The notes under the pieces are model-generated. The model did no database searches. It saw nothing but the letters and a program-made list of their open reading frames with translations, and was not told where the DNA came from. The translations under genes and the position numbers were made by a program. DNA of 32,193 nt from Pelomyxa schiedti (Eukaryota; Protista; Evosea): NCBI GenBank assembly GCA_020536535.1, contig JAHLWZ010000993.1, positions 1-32,193 of the forward strand. Reading direction: 5' to 3'. Positions 1 to 10,452 of this stretch are shown piece after piece (position 1 is the first letter of the stretch; every line of letters starts with the position of its first letter).

Positions 1-2
1 AA

Positions 3-152
3 ATGTTTGCTGAAGCCGGCACTCTGATACATGTTGAAGACGGCATGGTTGTGGAGGTGCAGGACTGGGTCTCTGGGGCTCTCATTCTCACAATGTCCTT
101 CCGTGGCACATGGCACCTGACTGTCACTCGTGTTGCCTCGTCTCGCTCCTGA
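3..152 (+). CDS. Probable 3' end of a hypothetical protein gene entering from the left edge
   Basis: Open frame ...FAEAGTLIHVEDGMVVEVQDWVSGALILTMSFRGTWHLTVTRVASSRS* ending at TGA 150-152; beta-strand-like pattern, no recognised family. Confidence 0.35.
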   Translation: MFAEAGTLIHVEDGMVVEVQDWVSGALILTMSFRGTWHLTVTRVASSRS

Positions 153-2279
153 TTGATTGCCATGAAAACCTCCACTTCGTTGTTGATGATTCGAAACTAA
201 AAAGGAAGAACTTTTTCCCCTGTTCCGTTTCCGGTACCCTTCTGTGGTTGGGTGCAAGGGAGTGAACAGAGGTGGCACTGGGAAGGAAGGTGTCCAACCT
301 CAAGGGCGTGACGCTATGTTTTGGCATCAGAATCTGACTTGGGAGCTTATTGTACCGCTTTGTTTCACCCATCTAGCCTTTTTGGAATCCCAGAGTTTTA
401 ACATCATCCAAACTATTGCTGTCCTGTCAGGTTAAGGAGAGGCAAGTCCTAGGATTGTTTCCAGTTTTGCCCTATAATGTTATCCGTGACGAAAGTAAGG
501 CACAAGAAAGAAACTCCTAGCAAGATTTGCATGATTTTTTTAAATGGGAATACATATTAATGTGCCCGCCCGACACTAGTCGAACTGAATATTGTGAGAA
601 GAGGTGAACCCAGTTGTTTGCCACTAATAATTTGTATTGGAGAAAGAAGTGCTTTGCGGGAAGCGATGTTCCGGTGTTCCCGACAGTGAAGATAAAGCAG
701 TCATTGGTAGTTTAGTTTTATCGAGATTCTTCCCCCCTTCTAGGTAGAGAAAACATCATTAAAACTACATTCGATCTTCTGAGTGTTCGTTATACCTTCT
801 GAGGTTTTTAGTTCAGTGTTGAAGTTGTAGCCTTCGCCACGAATACACAGGGCACTACCCCATTCATTCTTCTGATAAACTACGTGTCTACTCGGAAGAA
901 ATACGAATCGAAGTGACCAAACCTACAATCTGATTCCCAAACACAAAAACTCCCATTAGATCTTCTCAGGTCAAAAAAAAAAAAAGAATTGATGCACATT
1001 GGTATGAGAAACTGGAAAGCTTTTAGCAAAATGAAATCCAAGTAACACATATAGATACCTACAGCGTCCAGTGTATGGCATTACTGACTTGCTGGGGTGT
1101 CAGAGCCCCCAAACTCTCTAGACAAGGTGCCTTCCCCTTCTTCAAACGCTACGTTCATGTGTGGTTGGTGGGGAGTGAGTGTTGGTAAAGCAGTGGTGGG
1201 TTTATCCAAAAAGTATTTCTTGAGCAACTGGTAAACCAGAGGTGCCAAAGAAAGTTACATCGAGGATAAAAATGATGACTCTCCCCACTGGGGCAGATAT
1301 GGTTCATCATACTATACAAATCAAACCAGTAAAAGTCCAGAGGATGAAAAGGTAAGAGGTTCGTCGTCGATAAACGACTCAGTTTGCAACAGGAAAACCA
1401 ACACCGAGAGCTCTGGATATCAATTAAAACAAGGAATGACATTTGAGGGATTTGTACCTTGTGGGAACGGTGCCGTGTACCTCAAGGGATGGTCACTACT
1501 AGCTCACTCAACAACTCACAAATGAGCTCTGAGCGGAGCGGTGGTTGTTTCCAGCGTCAACGCTCACAGCTCCGAGGGTAGTGGCAAGAAAAGAACAGTA
1601 AAAAAACGCCATGCATGGGTGAGTGAAAACATGAAGTCCTCGTTTGAGTTGCCATCCTTCCGTGCGGGCCCAATCATCACATCCCCCAGCAAGTCTTGAT
1701 GCTAACAAAAAAGGGTGGAGGGTGGTCTTTGACCCAACCAGGAGAATAAAGAAAGGCCCCTTTAAAGACCCCAAAGAAGTTCTCCCCAGACAAGACGGAG
1801 GAGAATCAGGACTATCCATACCACCAGTTTGGTGGAAAAAATCTGTTCTGCCGATGGAGGTCTCCCAGATGTGCATTTTTTCTTCGGAGCACATAGACGG
1901 CCGTCTCGACCTACATTCATTCTAGACGATATCTGTGGCTGTGAGTCCATATTCCCCATAGAGGGGTTGGTTATCAAAACAAGTGAAAAGGGTTCCAGCT
2001 CAACAAGTTGATTTTCATCGCACTGAAATGCCACACTCTTGGGGGCAAGCCAGGGAGCACTAATAACACCAAAGATTAGTTTGACTGACACCGGTGTTGT
2101 TCAGAAGAAGGGGGACATTAAAAAAATAAAAACCAGCAGGCAGGGAACAAGTGGTCTTGTCAATTGGAATATCGCCCGCCACAACAACAAGACACGATGG
2201 AGAGGCCGTGACGACCACTCTTCGAAGAGTTGTTCCAGGAGGAAACAAAAAAAAAAAACAAGTGCCGCTCCCAGCCGTG

Positions 2280-3483
2280 ATGCATCTAATCCCCACAATG
2301 CCGGAGGCCAACCAGCTACCGCCCTATAGGCCAACTCGAGCTACGCCAGCACGCTCCCTCTCACAACGCTTTGCGTCGCCACCCCCAATCTACCAATTAC
2401 CACTGCTCTCATGCAAAGTCCATCAACGTCGCAGACGCCACCATGCCGGCCCGGGAGCTAACAATGATCGTGGAATTCCTCTTTCGTCATCAAATCCGCA
2501 CACATCCCACTTCATCCCCTGGGAGACATCGATAATGCAGAATGTCTCCGTCCTTGGCGGGTTATCAACCTGACTCCTCATCAACCTGGCTCCTCATCAC
2601 TTTCTGGTTTGAAAACAAACAGAAGAACAGCCACACCAGTGGTTGATTTGTGAGAGGCAATGCAACGAGATCTTCGTTGTCGCGCCAACTGCTCTCTCTA
2701 AGTCTATTTTCCTGAAAGCAAGATCAGACTAAATCAAGCCGTAAATTCACCAGGCAACCAAGGACAATGCACCGGGAAGTGGTTCACAGGCAGCAAATCG
2801 TTCTCACCCCCCTGCCTCCTCAAGCAGAGCCGGGGTGCCCTCCGTAAGCTTTTTTCTACTTCAGTAACTAAGTTATCAGTTTCAGCAGCAACGCTCACAC
2901 TCTCCTCACCGTTTCAGGGGAAGACCTTTCATAGAGTTACAGTTTGGAACAGGATTACAGGCCAAGTGCAAGTGAGTGTAATTTAATTTCCTCGTTCCTC
3001 TCCCATTCCACCAACAATAATTGGACTGATCCGAACTCTCGATACTAAAACCCTGCGGATGGCTTTATGATGAAGGATGGAAAACCTACAAAGCACTGAT
3101 AGGTGTGTGTGAGATGTTTTTGTGCCTGTAACACTTTTTACAGAGTCGGAAGTGGAGAGTGAGAAGTAATTCACCTTATGAAGAGAAAATATTACAGGTG
3201 GAACCCATACTGAAGGTGATGAGCCAGAATCACGGGTCTGCCTTACGTATGGTCCTCCCTCGGAGTACCTAGTCTCATCAGAAACTTGTCCTTCAGAGCT
3301 GAAGTGGAGATGACTGTGGGGGAGCAAAAACTGATGATTGGTCACTCTGTTTATCTAAACCATGGCAGCAGCATTGCTATCGGCAGTCAATGTAAAAATC
3401 AACCTCAAGATTTTTCTTTAACTCCAAAAATAAAAGGCATCTGTTTCTACTGGCATGATGAGTGTAATCAAATAAAAAAGTAA
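2280..3483 (+). CDS. Hypothetical intron-containing gene, possibly with a C-terminal FHA-like segment; exon chain not fully resolved
   Basis: Run of + strand donors and acceptors (gtaagc ~2844, gtgagt ~2972, gtatgg ~3247, ttcag ~3296). Last exons read AEVEMTVGEQKLMIGHSVYLNHGSSIAIGSQCICFYW, resembling the end of an FHA fold. Start position uncertain. Confidence 0.3.
2564..2599. repeat. Short tandem duplication, 16 bp unit x ~2.2
   Basis: atcaacctgactcctc atcaacctggctcctc atca. Confidence 0.7.
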
Positions 3484-3713
3484 CCCTGAGCCTAAGCAAT
3501 ACCGCGTTTTGTGGGGAAGAAGGCAAGCAAACTTGGAAGGTGGTCTGATTCTTCAAAATGAATCGTATCCTTGACTTGGGTAAACTGCTGATAAAAAAAC
3601 ACCCTTTGGTTGTTGCATTGAACAAGGCCCCAAAACCAAAAAATAAGAACAGCAGGAACCCAAAGCAGGCAAACATACAACACCAAACAAACCAACAGCC
3701 AAAACCAAAGTCC

Positions 3714-3993
3714 CAAAAAGTTCGGTAGCCCCGCCAGGATTTGATCCCCTAGACTTACGCATTTTGCGTGTGTTGTTCAGACGCGTTGAACGCCCGAACA
3801 AGCGCAACCCGAACAAAGTGTAAGATTCGAAAGGGTGAAGGAAATCTAGCCACAGTACGAAAACAACCTGGAGCCCGGGGTTCCGTTTCGAAACCAAACA
3901 GTGTGGTGTTCGGGCGTTCAACGCGTCAGAACAACACACGCAAAATGCGTAAGTCTAGGGGATCAAATCCTGGCGGGGCTACCGAACTTTTTG
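3714..3993. mobile_element. Non-coding foldback/MITE-like element, copy 1 (87 bp inverted arms)
   Basis: 3714-3800 is the reverse complement of 3907-3993 with one mismatch (A3779/A3928). The internal 48 bp core 3818-3865 is identical to 31955-32002. No target-site duplication or transposase seen. Confidence 0.8.
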
Positions 3994-4039
3994 TTTTTTT
4001 TTCCGCTTTCATACAACTTTATATCCACACTTCTTTGAA

Positions 4040-4882
4040 TTAGATGTATAAAGAGAGCACCAGGCATGTGAGTGAGCAAAATAAAGCCAAGATAAACCTC
4101 GTCTGCCTTGTATCACCAATAGCTTGCATAGCACTGTCCATAAGAGAGTCACAGAGCAGGACGGCGATGCCAGCAACTGGAAGGGCTACACAGGTCAGTA
4201 AGATATGGCTCCATGTAATCCAGTGCAAAACAAGGATGCGGACGACAATGATCCCAGTTACTGCAATGAAGCTCAGCACAAATAGAATCCAGTATCCCCA
4301 GTGCAATTTGCATTTTCGAATCATTATGACCATAAGAACGAAGGAACAGAAGAGAAGTAGTAAGGCCCTGGAAAGGTGCAGGGTACTGCCCATAACAAGA
4401 ATCATAGCACCAACTGCGACAAATCCCCGAGCTTTGGTTCCATTTCCTTTCAGGCTGAATCACATTACTCATTCATTACCAAGAACCAACTGTGTGTGCA
4501 TACTGAAAGAAGAGGCCTACTAGTGCATAAAGCACCCCTATGAGAAGCGCCACCAGAGCAATTAAACCGAGAGCCGCTAGGCATGAACACAGCAACAGTA
4601 AACCAAGAAACCCAGTATACACGTCCTGCATTCATGGTTATTGTTTTTGGTTTTTGCTTGTATCTCGCTTGCAAGTTTACAAATGGCCGAGACAGACAGA
4701 CAACAAACCTTTTTCTGTGCGTCAAGGGGAGCATTTTCAGTTGACAACGCAGGCAACAGAGGGCGTGCCTCGTCGCACGATGTGTATCCATATTTGGGGA
4801 CAGCGTTCTCAGCCATGTCGTGTGACCGCTCACTCTCTTTCGACACCTCTGCTACTGGAACAACTACGTATGACTCGATCAT
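4040..4882 (-). CDS. Hypothetical multi-pass membrane protein (3 exons)
   Basis: MIESYVVVP...DAQKK | DVYTGFLGLLLLCSCLAALGLIALVALLIGVLYALVGLFFH | LKGNGTKARGFVAVGAMILVMG...LVLSLYI*; two GT-AG introns keep frame; several hydrophobic helices. Confidence 0.7.
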
Positions 4883-4992
4883 CTTGCTCTTTCGTCAATA
4901 ACTAACGGAGGCTTTGTTACAACTTGTTTCCTTTTTATCATTTTCGCCAATCGGAAATTTGGCAGGTTTGCCCCTGCTTTTTCTTGGTGTTG

Positions 4993-7900
4993 TTACAATG
5001 ACCAGTCTATTTGTTTCTGGTCTTCGTCGTCCAAAAGTTTGTTTGCCTGCGAGAAGTGTTTGCAGCCAAGGAAGTGCTTCACAGACAAAGGAGAGGGGTG
5101 ACCAGCTAAAGTTTGTAAGTAAACCTGAAATGGGGGTGATGTGCGAGGGGGAAATACACACCAGAGAGAATGTGGTGGGGTGGCTGCCTGATTAACTTGG
5201 CTTTGGTGTTGGCAGGGCCTCCCCAGAGCATGAAAATAACCGGTGTTTCCTTTTGGTTCACCTTGTGGGAGTTTAGTTGTATTCCTCAAATCAAGTGGGA
5301 GCCTTACGATATTGATTATTTCCGTGGTGAATGTTTCCCAACCTTGATTTGCGTGTGACATGGGTTTGTGTGCTTCTACAGTGAGTAGCGTGTTCAGTAG
5401 TAGCACCCCTTGCTTAGCCCATTGCTCGAGGTTACCATGGGATGGAATGGCAATTCCGGTATCTTCAAAGAAATTGAATACGATAAAGGAGAGGAAATTC
5501 TATCTAGTACCGGCATGCAACTCCTTGAAAATGTTAACCAAACTAGGAGGAGGAGGGACCCCCATTTGCACGGAGAAGCACAACCCGTGGGCTTGTCCCT
5601 TTTGTATGTAGGGATCTACAGGTTTTCAGTTGGTGTGTAAAAAACAGGTTAAAAACCTTGTCCCAAAATGACCACCTGCATTTCGTGAAAAAGGGCCTTT
5701 TTTGGTGGTAAATTACCTTTACTTTCGAAAGTGGACACAGGTTAAGAGCGTGGAACACGTGCTCGTTATCTGGAAATACTTCACATCTATGGCGTTGGGC
5801 TTCAACAAAAGACATTAATTTTTTGTAGTAAGGTTTCTACAATTGGTTGGATAATGAGGAAAATGAGACACGTAGTACCTCCATTTCAGTGGATAGTGCT
5901 TGGCGCCACTCTGTACAAGTAATTTGAGGGTAGCCAGAGGTAGATGATACAGTTGGTACCGGGCCGGAAATGAGGGGAAAGTCGTTGGCTTCTATAGTGA
6001 CAGGTTTTTTCAATTTTTTAGTAATGACTTTTCGTTGTGGCTTTGTGGAACAGGGGAGTAGGGCTTGTAGTGCTCCAAAAGAGATCTGTTGTGGTTGGCT
6101 CCCTGTGGAGATTGTATTCAGGGGATTTATTGCTGTTGCTGTTTCGTTTTGCCAGGTGGTCTCCTTCCCTGACTTTGGAGCACATCGTCTGAAGGAATCG
6201 AGAAGCTCGGAAATGTCATTGTCAACTGTTATTTTGTAAAGCTATGTGTCTTTGAAGGGCAAAATACCTCCGTAAACCGTGAAAAATGATGCAGCTAGTC
6301 CGGGATTGGAAGCCATCACGGATTTCAGTGTGTTCACAGCAGAAGGATCTATTCTAGACACTGCGCGCTCGACTGTGAGAAACAAGTTATCGCAAGTCAC
6401 CAAAGTGGGAACAATACTCTCAGGTGAAAGATGAACGAGAGAATTTATCACTGGCTCTATATTGGTAGAGAAGGGAAATTCTACTGCCTTGGGAGAAGTT
6501 GGTTGGAGAAATTGTTCTGCTGAAACGGCGGGATTTTCCTTCTTCAACAAATGTACAACAGAATCAACCAACTCAGCCAGAGACCCATCAACTGAAAGTA
6601 TTATTAAATTCAAATGCAGAAACAAGAAAGAATACCTTTAAAAACTTGAAGCATACAGCTGATAAGGGCCGCGTGGTTCATGGTTCCTGACGATTGTAGC
6701 ATAGCCTGGGCCAATGGTGGTGGAATTTTCCCTTCACGCTCCAGGGAAGAAATTGTGGATGTGAGAGACGGGCCTGTATGTTTTATAAGACGAGCAAAAA
6801 CGAATCGGCTTACTGAGTCTTGTGTCTGGGTTGCCAGATTGTTTTTGTGGGACAAAACTGGTGAAAGGGGATGGTTTTATTGCCAATGTTGAGGGTGCAG
6901 ATGTAACTTGTGTGGGAGCTTGTAGATGATCTTTGAATTTAGGTGCCGCTTTTTTAGGTGCTGCTTTTTTAGGTTTGGGTGCAAGCCCAGGCTTAGACTT
7001 TACAGGAATGGAGTCCGACGAAGCAGAGTCTTTAGACGAGGCAGCCTCTTCAAGCTGTGCTGGGGAGTAGTATATTTTTCGTTTTTGAACAGTTTGAAAT
7101 GGGCCTTTTCCATAGACTCTGGGAAGTATTACACAGTACCTGGGGCAAGAGAAAAATACCTTAACCAATCATTAAATTTGGCCAATTCTTGATCATTGCC
7201 GTATTTATTCAACCCTTGAAATATCAGGTAAAGGTACCCCGTTTTGTGCCAAAATAGTACCTTTTTGAAGAACTTCGTTTGGGATATCCTGACAAAGTTG
7301 GAGCAAGAGAGGCCCTTTGCTGGACTTAAGTACAGTGGAGGCAATGTCAAACGGGTTCACATTAGCTCGATGAAGTATCTCGGCTCTGAGATAATTTCCA
7401 ACACCTACAGTCATCATTTTTGGTATTTATTCAACGAAAGTTGTACATACCATTGAAATATTTTTGGTTTAGCATAACCTCACATATTTGTTTTTTGAAA
7501 TCCTGTGCAATTGTTCCATGAAAGAAAATGTATTATTGCGCATACCGAATGGCTAATATGTTTCATAACATTGTCACAGAACTCTTCATGTGCCTTCGTT
7601 TGGATTTATTTGTTGTAAAGTGTAAAAAAGAAATACATCAAGTGGATCAGGGCCCCTGTCAGGACCCCAGGATCCTTCACTCCAACTAGCCATCTTCATG
7701 GTGTCTGAGAGTCTGTGGATATGTAAGAGGGAAATAATAAGCAGGGAAGACTTACGTGAGGCAGTTTTTCCCATCTGTAGTGATAAATTCCAGTCTACGG
7801 CCCTCCACACTGTCCAGTGCCTGAGTACTGCAGAAAATCCACTTACCCACCTTAGGAAGAATTACGCAGTGCACTAACAACATGAAGGGCCTACAAGACC

Positions 7901-8266
7901 ATGGTTGAAACGAAGCATAATGGTCTCACCACTGTTCACAGAGGAGAAAGTCAGTACGAGTTCTTTTCCCCTCACCTCACTAGAAATCTTGAATGGCCTG
8001 GAGTAAATCAAGCAGGACCATTAGCTCCAACAATCTCCATCCCAACAACAAACAGAATACTTGAAAGTCGGCAAAGCTCCTGCATTTGGCTTCGTGGGCC
8101 CCGTGGTCCGCGCAACAGAGAACGTATCTCCAATGGAGTTGATGGTGTTGTTGTAGCGATGTACCTGCCGTAAAGAAGGGGGGAAAAAAAAAGGCAAGAA
8201 AACACGTCGTGAGTGTGATCCATTGAGTTGGGTGTAAGATCTAGTCACCTCTGGTAGTTCCGGCAT
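4993..8266 (-). CDS. Fusion DNA glycosylase: N-terminal NEIL1-like Fpg/Nei domain + linker + C-terminal family-1 uracil-DNA glycosylase (~800 aa, 19 exons)
   Basis: Nei motifs: [45 protein letters not shown] (H2TH), FNDWLRVYG, KRKIYY. UNG motifs: [74 protein letters not shown]. Eighteen GT-AG introns join all exons in one frame. Confidence 0.88.
6938..6975 (-). repeat. 15 bp coding tandem repeat encoding [12 protein letters not shown] (histone H1-tail-like)
   Basis: cctaaaaaagcagca cctaaaaaagcggca cctaaa on the minus strand, inside the glycosylase linker. Confidence 0.7.
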
Positions 8267-8632
8267 GTCGTCTGTACGATCTACAGGTGGGATCTACTAT
8301 AAATTAATGTTCTTTTTTTTTCCCTTTGTTTTTGTTTGATCTGTTAACCGTTTAATTTTTTTCTCCTTCGGAATTTATGCAAAAGAAAAACCCTTCACTA
8401 ACAGATCTGAATGATGAAAGTGGGTCCTCACTTCACCTCAGCCAATTCCTCCCCCACAGACAACTGAGCCAGTAACAATCATTCGTACAAGGAGCCACGA
8501 GGAGAGCAATTTTGTCAGCTGAGATCTGCACAACATCAGAAGTAAACAACCCCCTGTTTTTTTTTTGTTTTTCTCGTGTCGCGTGGCAACACAAAGAAGG
8601 GCCTAGATCCACAAACACAAAAAACAAAACAG
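8267..8632. promoter_or_regulatory. Divergent (putative bidirectional) promoter region between the NEIL1-UNG gene and AP-1 mu
   Basis: Head-to-head ATGs at 8266 (-) and 8633 (+), 366 bp apart; inferred from geometry only. Confidence 0.45.
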
Positions 8633-10333
8633 ATGTCGGCCTCAGCGGTATTCATTCTTGACGCCAAGGGGAAGCAGTTGATCTCCAGGAACTTCCGCGG
8701 AGATGTGCCGATGAGCATGGCCAGCAGATTCATTATGAGGTTGCTCGAGGAGGACGAAGTTACGATGAAACCCGTCATTAACGAGGAGGGAATTACTTAC
8801 GTCTTTGTCAAGCACAACGGATTGTTTTGTGCGTATCCCTTTTCGGGGGTTTTTTTTTCCTCCTGCTATTTTTCCGAGGCTAACCTGTAGTTGTAGTCTT
8901 GGCAATATCTGACAGGAACATTAATGCTATGCTTACCCTAACATTTTTGTATAAATTCATTGAGGTATGCCTTGGTATGCAACAGTTTAATCCGCTAATT
9001 CTTCTTCCCTTTTTTTTTTTTTTTTTTTTAAAAAAAAAGGTGTGCACTGAATATTTTTCGGAGCTTTGTGAGGAATCTATTAGGGATAACTTTGTTGTTA
9101 TCTATGAACTACTGGATGAGATGATGGATTTTGGATATCCTCAGACAACAGAGTCCAGAGTGCTACAAGAGTGAGTTGTTATGTTTAGTTAGTAATTGCT
9201 CAGAGTGTAGTTTTATTACCCAGGAAAGTCACCGCATAGAGCTGGCAGCGGCACCAGCGTTGCTTAAAGCAGTTACAGGAACAGTTTCGTGGCGTACTGA
9301 CGGAATTAGACACAAAAAGAATGAAGTGTACTTGGATGTTATTGAATCTGTCAACTTGTTGGTGTGTTCATAGTTTGTCTCGACTAGGAATTTATTCTTT
9401 TTAGGTTAGCTCTGATGGAACAGTTCTCCGTTCAGAGATTCTGGGCCAAATAAAACTGAACTCGCTTCTTAGTGGTATGCCTGAGCTGAAACTTGGCCTG
9501 AACGACAAGATACAATTTGATTCCACATCCAAATCAATTACTGCACCACCTGAACCTGGAGGTTGTTTTCCACTTTTTGGCAACTCATTTACTTTGTGCA
9601 GCAACCCCATCACGAAAAGCAATTGAGATGGAAGACGTTACATTCCATCAATGTGTGAGGTACGTGCTTTATCGAAACACTTCATTACCTGATGTAATTC
9701 AGATTATCTCGTTTTGACACGAACCACACCATCTCTTTTATTCCTCCTGATGGTGAATTCCAACTGATGTCATACCGTCTCACAACACACTTCCGCCCAC
9801 TCATATTGATCGAGTCTCAAGTGAGCAAACATGAACACAGCCGTATCGAATTTCGTGTTAAGGCACGGAGTCAATTCAAGCCCCAGAGTACTGCCAACAA
9901 TGTTGACATTATCATCCCTGTCCCTCCTGATTGCTATGGCCCCAAGTTCAGTGTTTCTACGGGAACGTAAGTGTAGCAATACAACTAAGTTTCTCCCTGA
10001 CAAAACCACAGGTGCAAATACGCTCCTGAGAAGGATTCCATAATATGGTCAATAAGGCAGTTCCCTGGTAATAGGGACTTCTTGATGTCTGCCCACCTCA
10101 GCCTTCCTAGCATTTCTTCTGGTAATTCAATTTTGTTTGGAAGCCTTTTTCCCTAACAAAGCGAAGATGACCGCACTCTGAAGCGACCTATTACTGTGAA
10201 GTTCGATATTCCATCCTTCACAGTGTCAGGCATCCAAGTTAGGTACCTTAAAATCGTTGAGAAATCCAACTACCAGGCACTGCCTTGGGTGCGCTACTTG
10301 ACACAAAGTGGGGACTACCAGTTCAGGATGTGA
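8633..10333 (+). CDS. AP1M1: AP-1 adaptor complex mu-1 subunit (9 exons)
   Basis: MSASAVFILDAKGKQLISRNFRGD, EESIRDNFVVIYELLDEMMDFGYPQTTE, VSWRTDGIRHKKNEVYLDV, LSGMPELKLGLND, FHQCVRL, ISFIPPDGEFQLMSYR, FTVSGIQVRYLKIVEKSNYQALPWVRY. Confidence 0.95.
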
Positions 10334-10452
10334 AACAAACAAATCCACGAGGACTTTACCCTACTTAGATTTTAGCCAAAAAAAACCTTTTTTTCGACAA
10401 CTCGCACTCTTAAAATTGGAACCAGAGGGCGGAAGCCTTTGATTCAACGATG

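Noticed and set aside
3818-3865. Hammerhead ribozyme or Pol III A/B-box promoter in the 48 bp core
   Set aside because: No CUGANGA core; the ttcgaatc B-box-like word is too close to the weak A-box-like word and no cloverleaf forms
3553-4043. ORFs over the foldback element (also 31359-31925, 31766-32076)
   Set aside because: Mirror-image peptides on both strands are by-products of the inverted repeat; no transposase motifs
4044-4523. 159 aa + strand ORF (similarly 12206-12568 and 20113-20649)
   Set aside because: Antisense shadows of real minus-strand exons
5610-5630. UNG GQDPYH changed to GQDPYI as a sign of inactivity
   Set aside because: This position varies among family-1 UDGs, and the catalytic Asp, Asn and HPSPLS His are intact
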